The notes: a model not told the origin generated them from the sequence alone. A DNA stretch of 64,000 bases from Trichinella spiralis (GCF_000181795.1 NW_003526945.1:4097193-4161192); one strand, 5' to 3'. Shown: positions 43,699-56,700, numbered from the stretch's first letter. Translations and numbers: made by a program.

Positions 43699-46046
43699 TT
43701 AATGTTCAGTAGACACACACCGCCTTTGTTGTTCATCGAAATACTCATTTTTACCACACTGCGCCAGAATTGGCTTCTCACCGCATAAATAATACCACCG
43801 GGTATTATTTATACCATGAACACCATTTATACCAGCTGTTTGATTGCACGCTTTTTCAACGAATTCTTAAATGTGAATTTTATGATAAAATTCGAAATAG
43901 AATATCACTTAAATTTCATACCATGTAAACAAGTAGAAGGGCAGCTTCTTGTTTCAGAAAGTGCCTGTACATTGCAATTATGTCTGATAAGTGAAGTTGG
44001 CCAAATTACTTCTCTTGTTCGTGTCCGTGTTCGATTATTGCAAGGACCTGTACATTCTGACCAAGCATTCCATGTTGAGTATTTGCACTCTAACAGTAAC
44101 ATATGTTCAAATATGACAAAAAAGTATACAACTTTCAGAGTAATGAAAAAATCCCAATTACCTGCCACTGACTTTACCATATTGCATTTTCTCATTTCGA
44201 GTGCCATAAAACATGACGTGTTATCATGATCGAGAAAAGCAATAACTCGCATTCTTTGTTCGAACGACTTGCCAGGAACACCAGAACATGGAGTCCAATA
44301 GGACCATTGATTAACAGCAGAACATTCTAAAATGAGACATTCAACCATAACAATAAATTTCTAGTCGTTTTATATACATACCAAATGCGCATCTGTTTGC
44401 AATGCAAAAGCCATAAAAATAGGTTTCACTGAACAAACGACTGTAAGTCAAATTTTGCAGTGCTTCTGCAGTTGCAGATGTATCATTTGACACTTTTCCA
44501 CTGATAGTTGACGAAGTCAATGTTTCACTAGTATTTTTTGCAATATTTGACAATGGCACTGTCCCATTAGTTTCTTCTTGTACTTCAGCAGATGCATCAT
44601 CTGGAACTTGAGCACTGCTAGTTGTCAAAGGGCTACTGTAAGTAGATGTTTCATTCTTTTCCTGTGGAACACTGGTTGATTCTACTGATGCAATAGTTTC
44701 GCTTTGTTCAGTTACATCGGTCGTTTCAGGAACTGATGTTTCAGTTTCAATATTTGAAACATTCAACAACAGCTCAGTTCCATTAGTTTCTACCTGCGTC
44801 TCTGCAGATGCATTATCCGGCACTTTTACGCTGCTAGTAGTCAACGTAGATAATGGTTCACTCTCGTTCTTTGAAAACTCATATGATGCTAGTGTTCCAT
44901 TAATTTCGCTTTGCTCACTTGAACCTTCTGTTGCAGATGAAGATGTGCCATTCTCATTCTTTGAAACAGCCGATGATATCACTGTAGTATTGGTCCCGCT
45001 TTCATCATTTGAATCATCCGTCGCGAGTGGAGACGTCACAATTCTTTCACTTGAAGCTGTAAAAGATCTTTTTAAAACGATATTTGCTGTCATCATATCT
45101 GTAGAATTAACAGTTTCATTTCGATTGTCTAAACTAAGCAATGGTTTTATTATCATTTCAGCTAAAGAATTCATTGGTAGAACTGAAGAATTTCCCATAT
45201 TTCCATATAAATAGGATCTGATGATTGGAATCTTGGGAATTTTCTTCGATGCTTCCTTTCGTTTATCCAGAACACTAGTATTATACTGTGTATTGTCGGG
45301 AATTGCATTTTCCTTTGCAGCTAAATCTTCAGTCGCGGATGGAGGCGTCACAATTCTTTCATTTGAAGCTGTAAAAGATTTTTTTAGAGGAATATTTGGT
45401 GTCATCATATCTGTAGAATTATCAGTTTCATTTCGACTGTCTACACTAAGCAATGGCTTTATTATAACTTCATCTAAGGAATTCATCGGTGAAACTAAAG
45501 AATTTCCCATAGTTCGATATAATTTGGATCTAATGATTGGAATCTTGTGCATTTTCTTCGATGCTTCCTTTTGTTTACCCAGAACACTAGTTTTTACTTG
45601 GGTACTGTCGGAAATTCCATTTTCCTTTACAGCTGAAGGATAGACATTTTCATTAAGTGAAGGCCAGGTTCGATTTTGTGGATGGTCAGGAATTATTTCT
45701 TTTACAGTTGCAGGATATACGGTTTCACTCATTAAACACTTGGTTCGATTCCGTGAACGATCAGGAAAAGTTAGTTCCTGTGTATACTTTGATGATCAGT
45801 TAAAAGTTCCTATCTGCTCCTTTAGAGCACTGGATGCAGTCGCAGATCTCTCTATTAATGTTTCCATTGTAGAAACAAATTCAAAGTCAAAATAATCATT
45901 CAATATAATTAAAAACTATAGATCAAAAATTGAGCACTACAATTAATCTAAACAAGTGTTAATGATCTAATAAGAAAAAAAAACTTACTTGTGTCAAAAG
46001 ACGAAGAATAAGCAAAGCAATAAACAAGCACTAAAATAGAAAGCAT
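43699..46046 (-). CDS. Secreted S/T-rich repeat protein with two thrombospondin type-1 repeats and a C-terminal peritrophin-A/CBM14-like domain
   Basis: Signal-peptide exon MLSILVLVYCFAYSSSFDT (46046-45989); 463-aa mucin-like ORF; WSYWTPCS and WNAWSECTGPC...RTRTR; last exon RWYYLCGEKPILAQCGKNEYFDEQQRRCV*. The exon1-exon2 junction is unresolved (in-frame TGA at 45796). Confidence 0.75.
45020..45630 (-). repeat. Internal coding tandem repeat, 312 bp (104 aa) x2
   Basis: CGTCACAATTCTTTC at 45034 and 45346; the KEN...SATED unit is repeated. Confidence 0.9.
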
Positions 46047-48655
46047 TTTTAAACTGCAACGACGAAAATCAGTCAATATACAGGAAGAAATGTCAGTGTA
46101 AATGTGAAATGAAGATTGTGAAGCAATTAACAATTTATTCTGATAGTAATAATTATCATATTAGGTCACCAGACATATTATTCTAATTTTTAGAGATGGA
46201 AAGGGGCCATGTAAGTGCATCAGTACATTTCGAAAATCAAAACTCCATTAAAACAACAATAAAATTATGATTTAAAAAAACTGATTTAAAACATAATCTA
46301 TAAATTAAATTATTTTTACTGAAATATATTCAAATTGATGCACTTTAAACACTGCATAAATCTGTTAATTATACCTTATGATATCAAAGTCGAGTAGTCC
46401 TGAAATTACGACTACTGTCCTTGTATGAAGTTTGTAAAAAATATAACAAAGCCCAATCATATAATGTAAAATTCGTACATGTTATGTTTGCATTTTCTAA
46501 TGATTCATGTAACATAAAGGGCGATCTGATTTACGCCGGAACAGAACTCCGTCGTAAGTCGATGCCACCTGAATATTAATTGTTTTTCTTTAATAACATT
46601 AATAAATCATTTGCACAGCTTTGAAAAAATTTCACGATATTTGTTTATCCACTGAAAATAACCAAAAATACCATAACTCAATATTACACCATTTCGACAT
46701 GCGTAAAACTATCTCATATATCGACAGTATTAAACTATCTCACAGATAAATAAACATTAAGAAATTAAATTTCAAAGCAGTATGTTTAAAAAAACAACTA
46801 TGAAATATGAAAATAAAATTTTCTGAAGCTACAAATCATTTAATACTAAACTGATTTCAAGTTACTGGAAATACAAAGTAAACTTCATCTGATAATTTAT
46901 TTCACAATTTTCGATTCTACTTACAGTGCGACATCATATACCATGGAACGGGATGTTAATTGTTAAAAAAAAACTTATAAACTGCATTTTCTTCAATGAT
47001 TCCTTTTGTTTATCCAGAACACTAGTATTATACTGTGTATTGTCGGGAATTGCATTTACCTTTGCAGCTGAATCTTCCGTCGCGGATGGAGACGTCACAA
47101 TTCTTTCATTAGAAGCTTCAAAAGTTCTTTTTCGAACGATATTTGGTGTCATCATATCTGTAGAATTATCAATTTCATTTCGCTTGTCTAAACTAAGCAA
47201 TGGTTTTATTATCATTTCAGCTAAAGAATTCATTGGTAGAACTGAAGAATTTCCCATATTTCCATATAAATAGGATCTGATGAGTGGAATCTTGGGAATT
47301 TTCTTCGATGCTTCCTTTCCATTATTCAGAACACTAGTATTATACTGTGTATTGTCGGGAACTGCATTTTCCTTTACAGCTGAAAGATAAACAGTTTCAT
47401 TAAGTGAAGGTGTGGTTCGATTTTGTAGATGGTCAGGAAAAGTTAGTTCCTGTGTATACTTTGATGATCAGTTAAAAGTTCCTATCTGCTCCTTTAGAGC
47501 ACTGCATGCAGTCGCCGATCTTTCTATCAATGTTTCCATTGTAGAAATGAATTCAAAGTCAAAATAATCATTCAATATAATTAAAAACTATAGATCAAAA
47601 ATTGAGCACTACAATTAATCTAAACAAGTGTTAATGATCTAATAAGAAAGAAAAATACTTACTTGTGTTAAAAGACGAAGAATATGCAAAGCAATAAACA
47701 AGCACTAAAATAGAAAGCATTTTTGAACGGCAACGACAAGAATTAGCCAATATACAGGAAGAAATGTCAGTGTGAATGTCAATTGAAGAATGTGAAGCAA
47801 TTATCAATTTATTCTGATAGTAATCATTATCATATTAGGTCACTGGACATATTATTCTAATTTTTAAAAATGCAAAGAGGCTATGTAAGTGTATTAATAC
47901 ACTTTGAAAATCAAAACTCCATTAAAACAACAATAAAATTATGATTTAAAAAAACTGATTTAAAACATAATCTATAAATTAAAATATTTTTACTAAAATA
48001 TATTCAAATTGATGCACTTTAAACACTGCATAAATCAGTTAATTATACCTTATGATATCAAAGTCGAGTAGTCCTGAAATTACGACTACTGTCCTTGTAT
48101 GAAGTTTGTAAAAAATACAACAAAGCCCAATCATATAATGCAACATTCGTACATGTTATGTTTGCATTTTCTAATGATTCATGTAACATGAGGGGCGATC
48201 TGATTTACGCCGGAACGGAACTCCGTCGTAAGTCGATGCCACCTGAATATTAATTGTTTTTCTTTAATAACATTAATAATTCATTTGCACAGCTTTGAAA
48301 AAATTTCACTAAATTTGTTTATCCACTGAAAATAACCAACAATACCATAACTCAATATTACACCCTTTCGTCATGCGTAAAACTATCTCATATATCGACA
48401 GTATTAAACTATCTCACAGATAAATAAACATTAAGAAATTAAATTTCAAAGCAGTATGTATAAAAAAACAACTATGAAATATGAAAATAAAATTTTCTGA
48501 AGCTACAAATCATTTAATACTAAACTGATTTCAAGTTACTGGAAATACAAAGTAAGCTTCATCTGATAATTTATTTCACAATTTTCGATTCTACTTACAG
48601 TGCAACATCATATAGCATGCAACGGGATTGTAATTGTCAAAAAAAGGCTTATAAA
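45760..48655. repeat. Recent tandem segmental duplication (period ~1.67 kb)
   Basis: ~45760-46980 is nearly identical to ~47432-48655, including non-coding DNA. Confidence 0.92.
46934..47720 (-). pseudogene. 3'-truncated copy of the secreted repeat protein gene (no TSP1 or CBM14 exons)
   Basis: Same signal exon at 47720, about 1.3 repeat units, then reads into duplicated flank and stops at 46934. Confidence 0.7.
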
Positions 48656-48658
48656 ATG

Positions 48659-49018
48659 CTAGTTCGCTTCTTTCCCTTTCTCTTCTTGTGGTGTTTCTTC
48701 CACTTCCTCTTTCTGTTCACATTTCTTGTTCTTATCCTCATTTTTCAAAACGACTTCATCTTCTGCCTGTTCTTGGACTTCCTGCGTATCGCAGTCGATC
48801 AAACGCTTCGGCTTTTGCTTCATCAAAAACGGATGACGAGCAAAACCTTTAGATTTGATAAAATTGCGACTCATTGGTGACATAAGAGCATCTGACGGAC
48901 TTTGGTAAACAGATCGGAGCTTTCGAATGTGATCCAATGATGACAATCCACTTTTCTCCGGAGCAACCGTTCCTGAATCAGTCGTATCTGTGTTGGAATC
49001 ACGTTCCTGCTTATTCAT
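48659..49018 (-). CDS. Small intronless disordered protein with a Spo12-like motif
   Basis: 119-aa ORF containing YQSPSDALMSPMSR...MKQKPKRL and an acidic/Lys-rich tail. Confidence 0.65.
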   Translation of the reverse strand: MNKQERDSNTDTTDSGTVAPEKSGLSSLDHIRKLRSVYQSPSDALMSPMSRNFIKSKGFARHPFLMKQKPKRLIDCDTQEVQEQAEDEVVLKNEDKNKKCEQKEEVEETPQEEKGKEAN

Positions 49019-49702
49019 TGTGCAAAGTTAGCGGTTAAAATGTAAAACAGTTTTTGACGTTTTTGAAACAATGGAAAACTAAAAGTGTTCAACTTCTTCG
49101 TGACACACGTTTACAAATCTGATTTACCCACCACACAAAAACATACTGTAGCAAGAGATCATCAAGTTTCTCTTTTTGAAATAACCTCAATCTTCCACGC
49201 TGTTTTTTATGATGAATTTAAATAAAAATTAAAATGCTATATATTAAACAGAATTAAAATTAAACTTTTTAATACCTGTTCAATATTTTATTATTGAGCA
49301 CAACAAAATAAAATTATTTTCTCTTTTACTTCATCAGTTTAAAATTTTTTGATAATTAGTAAGATTTCGGAAAAAGTAGCACTGACTGATTATTACTTAC
49401 AAATATTAAAATTTTTTGGTATAAATTAAAGTACATTTCAATATTTCAATGTAATTTTTATTTTGCTAAAAATGAACAACATTTTTGCTAAAAATAAATA
49501 ATGTTTTGCTGAATTTGTTAAAAATTATTAAAATTTATATGAAAAAGTCTATTAATGCACTGTTTAAAATGCGAAGTAATAATAAAATGAAACTGGTGTA
49601 CAACTCTTGATTATCACTTTTAACTTTTAGCCAATTACGGTTGAATTGAGATAGCTATCACATGGCTTATACGGTGTTTTATCAATTGGATCAATAAAGA
49701 AA

Positions 49703-50419
49703 ATGGATGAAGATCATGAAGAAGTTGCATGCGGAAATTTAGATGTGTGGAAACAGGAACTTGGTTCCAAAGCAGAAGCACTGGTGTTAGAGGCGTTTCC
49801 AGGTAAAGGTCGTTATGTGGATGAATTGATGAACAGCCAGTTCAGTATGGATCGCCTTCCTGAAATTATGGCCGGGTCGATCAACTCCGATACACTTCGT
49901 CAGCACAGTAATTTAACATCCTCCTGTTCTAATTCTGCTGAAAAAGTTGGCGACTCGGATAATCGAGATGAAAATTCGATGCTATGCAACAAAATGCTGG
50001 TGGAAATGAACAATTTGTTGATGCGACTTTTGCACGAAATGTGTGAAGATTCCGGTATACTTATGAGATGGCTTGGATTTTTAATTCCACGAATGCAAGG
50101 TGGCAACAACTTTGGCGTTTCGGTTCAATTGAAAACACTGAAAGAAGTAACTAGTGTCCGAAAATCGGCATCCGTGGCTTTGCAGCTGTTATCCAGATAC
50201 TATAACATTCGCGGTGAGAGCATCAAAAAATTGTTAAAGCATCCACAAATAGAAGATTACCTTTGCCTTATTCAGAGTATCGACAGACGACATTTCTTCA
50301 CTATTCGTGTAATTATTACGACTCTGCGCAACAATTATTTTGGATTGCACGATCATTTTGTGAAAAATATAGATTTAATCAGAAATCCCCGTTCAGATAA
50401 CACTCAGTATCTCTATTGA
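49703..50419 (+). CDS. Proteasome activator PA28/REG (PSME3-like), intronless and divergent
   Basis: WLGFLIPRMQGGNNFGVSVQ, SRYYNIRGESIKKLLKHPQIEDY, LRNNYFGLHDHFVKN, C-terminal PRSDNTQYLY. Confidence 0.9.
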   Translation: MDEDHEEVACGNLDVWKQELGSKAEALVLEAFPGKGRYVDELMNSQFSMDRLPEIMAGSINSDTLRQHSNLTSSCSNSAEKVGDSDNRDENSMLCNKMLVEMNNLLMRLLHEMCEDSGILMRWLGFLIPRMQGGNNFGVSVQLKTLKEVTSVRKSASVALQLLSRYYNIRGESIKKLLKHPQIEDYLCLIQSIDRRHFFTIRVIITTLRNNYFGLHDHFVKNIDLIRNPRSDNTQYLY

Positions 50420-53400
50420 TAGAAGCGATACAAATTTGCTGAAGATTGTTTACTGACGAATAAAGCTGAAAACAAATCGTTTTGTGTTTACGAACTTTAT
50501 TATCATGCATATTATTTTGAAGCGAGTGAAGATTATTTAGCAGGAATAAATATCCTGGGTTCCTTGTAATGATCATTTTGTCAACGTTTTCATTGGGTAT
50601 TTTGAATAAACTTCTTTTTCAACATTTTTGTTTTTTCGCATACGGTAAATTGATCCAAATAAAGGCAGGTTGTTTTATTACTGTACTTTGAAATTTACGT
50701 AAAACAAACCTGAAGTGGAAAATTAAAAGCATTTTAATTTATAAACATTTTTTCATTTTACACCAAAAAATGATGTATAATTTTTTTCGATGCTTCATCG
50801 ATTTACATTTTGCAGTTTTTTCATTGTGCAAAAGTGAATTTGCGATTTGTGTTCAAGGAATTCAATTTGATTCTTTGTTGTTTGATGCTACTTTTACACA
50901 ACGATGTGTAAAAGTAAACATTTTTTCAACAGTACAATATACTGTCAGTACAATAACGCATTATTGGACTATTTTGTTTCTGCAACTGGTGGTATGTTTA
51001 TGGTGTAATGGTGAATTGTGCAATTTTATCTGAAATGCAAAAAGCCCCATAAAAACTGGTTGATGTTCAATAATGTAGATCTAGTTTGCGAATGTTTAAT
51101 CAAATGTTTGATTGAAATGTCATAAGTGTAATATTTCAAGAAAATTCACATTTTCCAACAGAGCAGAATGCATTTATTTTGAAAAATAAAAGAAGGAGAA
51201 AATATTTCAATTTCAACAACTGCCGCCAAATGTTGAGAAACAGTTCACGTTTGATTAATATGCGTGTCATTTGAAATGCTATATTGTTAATCAACTTCAG
51301 CAAAAGGAGAGATGGAAGTTTTCTATTAATAAATATTTCGAAATAATTACAATTTATAAAATAAAAGTCGACTGAAACCAGTGTTCCAGGGGCAGTATTC
51401 GATTGGTTCAAATTCATCGGCAGTTGGACAAAATTTCCAAAGTCAGCTGACTTGAAATGGAAAATAGCCAATCAAATGTATAGTAATTGCAATAGCATCA
51501 GCTGACGCAAAAGTTGTCGTCTTGCTAATTCTGCTGCCGTTGCTGCTGCTGTTGACATCGATGCCGCTTTGCAAAGTGCAGAATCCGATGAAATGGATGG
51601 AATATTACTGTGAGATGCGATTTCCTTTTTTCTTTGTCTCTTGCAAATGAAGCTTCCAATGATGTATGAATGACAAGGCAACTTTTTCAGAACAATAATT
51701 TCATCTACTGAGAGAGAAGAGAGGATTTTTTTATTTTTGGTCATTTCTCCACTTGTGGATGACAAACTGTTGTTTTCTTTGGTTCAGGTCATTGGAATAT
51801 CATCCTATTGATTTATATGACTTAGACATCTTCTTATCCGTCGCAGATTCATCTTCTGCAAATATTGGCAAATAAAACAGTATGAAACTGGATTGCTGTA
51901 CGTTACTGCTACGTCTCTCTCTTTCTCTCCCTCCCCCTCCCCTTCTCTCTCTTTCTATGTGTGTGTGTGTGTCTATGTCACTTTCATGCGAACGTCAATA
52001 AAAGCGTTATTCACTTGCGCTTGCTCCAATTTCAGTCATGTATTTGGACAATTTTACAGCTGTTGACAAAAACGTATATTTGATTTTGTTTATTAATTTT
52101 AAAAATTAAATAGATGAAAAATATAATTTGAAAGTTATTCAAAGGCTAATGTTGTTCAACAGCTCACGTTTTCTCCTGCCGAAGGGGCTGAGAATAGCAG
52201 AACTTGACTTATAATTTTATTGAATACGTATCGCGTATTTTATAGAAGCAGATGTTGCTTGCTTATATTGTTGTTTGTAGTTTAGGTGGCTGAGTCGGTG
52301 TGTGTGCGTGTGTTTGGACGAGCAGATCAAGTCAACGATCGTGATGCAGTGAAAAAGCATGAACATGCCGAAATGTCTTCTCAAACTGCTCAAAAATAAC
52401 AATTCAGCAGTGGTTATTGTTCAAATCCAAGACAATTGTTCATCAACTTTGCATTGTTAATTATGGAAAGTTGCAAAATTTTCAAATCTGAAAAAATACC
52501 AGAAATTTATTGCCCATCATCAATTGGATTGGTCAAGTCGACAAAAGCCTCTAGCACACATTCGTGCAATTTGAATAATGTCCAGGTAGGTGAATAATTT
52601 CTCTTCAAGATTGTCGTTGATTTTGCTCCACTTTACAACATTAGAACACAAATTACATCTATTACATTTTATATAGAGTTGTTCCATTTGCTTTGAATTT
52701 CGAGAGCCTGAATTATTATTATTATTATTAAAAAGCACTAGGTGAAGTCTGCTGTTGACATTTTTTCTGCTCACCAACTCCGATTGATTAGTGAAAATGC
52801 AATGCGTTAATTTGTAAACATTTGTGTTTCTGTGGGGGATAAATCTTTCGCTTGTCATTAAACAACGCTATCGATAAGTTAATGAGTGTTAAAGTTTTGA
52901 ACAAATCAATTCAATTAGTAGTATTAGAATTGAAGAATATGCTAATGTTGTGATGATTAAATACCAGTGTAGCAGCAGAAGACGATGCTGTTGTTCAGGT
53001 TTTGTCAAACTAAATCCAATATCTTCAGTCAATGAAACTATAAAAATATTAAAAATGTAAAAAAGCTACAAAAAGCTAGCTGTGCATCATTAAATGTTTT
53101 TTTATTTTTCTGAAATGATCATGAACAATGAATGTGCTTACGGGTTTGCATAATTGATTTCGAAGAAGAAGAAGAAAATGTTGACTGGCTTTGATTGCTT
53201 TGTTGTAAAAATTAAGAGTAAAATTTGTTGAAAAGTAGAAAGCTAAATAATTTCAAAATTACTGCTATTTACTGATCAATTTTATTGCAATTTCCCATTT
53301 GATTCAATTCAAATTTGATACCAGTATTATCATTGCACTTTTTTTATTGTCAATTATCTAAAAGCTCACGAAGCATGCAGTTCAATTTCTTTTAAAATTC

Positions 53401-53750
53401 GATGGTATTTCAATCAAAACTAAAAACAAAACATTTTGAAGTTTTAATTTGAAATGTTGCTTGCTCGTGTGATGCAATGTTTGCGTTTCAGTATTAACAT
53501 TGCAATGTGATGATAGATTTAATATGATCTATAGATTTTTGTGCTCATTGCTCAGCGTTGTTGTTGTTGTTGTCGATGACAAGCGTGTATATGTTGTTGG
53601 AAAGCAGCTGAGAAAATTGACTACTTCATTTGCATTTTCAAGTAGATACTGGCGTTGTATTATTAACCGCTATTTTGTGCATGTTTGCCCTTTTGCTTTT
53701 CGGTTTGCCGTCGACAAAAATCCCCTCATCGTACGTACATTCGCATTTTA

Positions 53751-56700
53751 GAGGCAGGATTTACTTTAGGAAAAAGAAAGGATACAACTGGTTGGAAAAT
53801 TTGATTTCTTTGTCTCTTATTTATGGAAGGTAAATTTGTTCCAATGTATACTGTAATTGATACTTGCTTATTGAAAAATGTCAAGTTTCATCTTGACCAA
53901 TTGTTGTCATTCGTGTATAAATTTCATCTATAATATTGATTGTTTTCGTTTTATTTTCCTTGATCCTGACAATATTGATTGTAAAACTATAACAAACAGT
54001 TAATCATATTTCACATTACAGTACACCTTTAGTTTGCAATTTCAATTGCTGAGAAATGTGCATATATTCGAAGAAAATTTTCATGAATATTTAGAAGAAT
54101 TGCATTAAATAAACAACGATAAATAACAGTTTGCAAAATAGACGGCCAGAAAGGAAGAACTAGTTCAATTTCAAAAAATTTCGTTAGAAGAAAAAAGTTA
54201 TTCAGCTGTTCAGGTCATTTGTGTTCAAATTGTCAATAATTCATTTCCAGATGAATAGCCGCATTATAAAAAAAATATTCAAAAAAAGGTAGCATATTTT
54301 TCTTCAACAATTTCACAACAACATGCGTTGCGGGTTTTTTTTTCTCTTCATCTTTTCACCGCAGCATTTGCGTTGTGGAGAGGAAGGAATGAAGCGATAA
54401 TGGCTTGTTGCATGCTTCCTGTTAATTCTGACGAGAATATGGAAATTTGCACAGGATAATTGTGCACTGTTAACAACAACATTGCATTGTTCCATTTTTC
54501 ATTTTCTTCGCATCTCCAATCGACTGATTACCGCAACCAACTGACCAACCAGCACATTGCATATTCAAAATTTGTGTATAGCAAGCAGGGTGTCACCAAC
54601 TGGCACCGGTAAATAATGCTGAAACTGGTTTACATATTTCATACAGAGTCTGCACATATTTTCAGTTTATATACTTACAAGAAATATTTTAATAAACAGG
54701 AAGAAGAAAAGATTCATTTATTTATTTTCATACATCATCATCATTGTTGTTGTAATGTCGATTTGTACTGCATTTTTGATATAATGTTGTAGTTGCAATT
54801 TGTTTTTCATCTATTTTCTCTGTAAACTGCTGTTCTACCTCTACCCGGAGCACCTAATTTTTGCTTTTTAAATTTCCTCTTTATTTTAAATTATCATTAT
54901 TATTTCAGTGTCCGAAAATTGAACAACTTCGTGCCAAGTTGATCAACCTGTGGAACAAGACTGCATCGGCAGAAATAGGCGTAATATTACAATTCGACGA
55001 ATGTTTCCAATCCAAGCGTGCAAAATCGATTCTTCTCGAAAAATGGAAAATTCAATTTTTAACCACTCGGTAGCTATATATTTCTAAGCTTTACTGAAGT
55101 TTTCATTGATATTTATTTTTCGAAAAAAATTGAACATTAATTTCTACCACTAGCAATGAACGTCAGTTGCTGGAACAATTTCTGATACAGGCTGTGCATT
55201 TGTATCTTCTTCATTTTTCCCAGCTGAGCTCGTCGATGTTTCAATACAACGTCAACCCTCCTCCATTCTCTGTACACTACAAGTATTATACACAATATTG
55301 TTAATTGTCATATATATATATGTCTATATTGTTCTAATTAATAATTGTATATATTAATTCATTTTAGAACAGATGGAAACGACTGTTCGAATGATGAACA
55401 ACTGTGCTCTGATTTCAAATACAACAACCAAAGTTTCCTAGTTTGTGAGAATGGAAATGATTCATCAATGAAGAAAGTTGAAGCCGAAATGTTGTGCCGA
55501 GATACCAAGCTGTCCAATTTGCGGCGCGTCTGTCTGAAAATTTCACCATTCCAAGGTGAGAGATTAATTTTCATTTCTTTTCCATTCCCTGTTTCACTTC
55601 AAATATTATAATTAAAACGTGTATTGTATATGCATATATGTATATTTTTCCCCACAGGTACAGATCGTTGCTTGCTTGGGAAAAATTTATCAGAGGTGTT
55701 GAACAGCTCAATATTGGACGACCCGGCGTTGGAAAGGTAAAAAGAAATAGTGTGCGATGTGCATTGATGAACACAAATTGTTCAATCAGAAAAAATTTGT
55801 ACGAATAAGAGAATCATTTCTCAGATGTGAACAATGCTCAGATGTGAAGAACAATAATCATTCGGTAACGATCAATAAGCAAAGCACAGCTGTGCAAGGC
55901 GATTCAGTGAAACTTGCTTACAACACTGGCCATCGAAATAGCCGAATCAATGCTGCTGCTACAAGTGAAATATTGCTGCTTGTTTATTTATATTTATTTA
56001 TTTATTCGATTAAGATGATGCCAATTTGCACTGCCATGTCACGCGAAGCTTCCAGGAGAAGAGGCGGAAAACTTCAGCTGACAAATCTCACCACTGTAGA
56101 AGTGAAAAACCGGGAAAGGTGAAGAAGCATAATTTTGACTAAGCAATAATGAAGAAGCAATTTTTTGGTTTTATCGTGCATACAGGTTTCGTCGAGCAGT
56201 ATTCGGCCGGTGAAAGCTAGCAGTCCTGTTCGTTTCCACAGCATCACCAAACTACCTCTCACCTCTAGTCCGGTAAGAGAAGAGGCTTGCAGTTAGTTCA
56301 TTTCAAATGTTGCTCCCGAACAAAACCTGTTAATATTTAAATTTACACATTGTGTTGGATTGTTTCCCAAAGTGACCAGAGAGGGATATTTCGATTTTTA
56401 GGCTCCGGTAAATCGTTTCCAAAAATCGTTCCAATTCGACCCCAGCTTGACCACCGACAGCGTGACCATGAAAAAGTGGGCAAATTTAAGAGCATCGAAA
56501 TGCACCGTTCATTTTTATTGTCGCACAAGATTGTGTGCATAATGGACCTTCATTCAGAGTCTGTTGTCATTTCAGATGTTCTTCCAACTGTCGCGACTGT
56601 GAAAGCACAAGCGGCGATTCGGAAGACGGCAGCATTCCGTTAAGGAGACGTATATTTTCAAAGCGTATGAATAATCTGTTGGGAAGTTTCGAAGTGAGAA

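Noticed and set aside
45796..45798. Selenocysteine recoding of the in-frame TGA
   Set aside because: No SECIS-like element (ATGA/AA/GA) was recognised downstream, and the context is not a redox motif.
51136..53700. Short ORFs and CT/GT microsatellites
   Set aside because: No coherent gene model; probably Atos 5' regulatory or intronic DNA.
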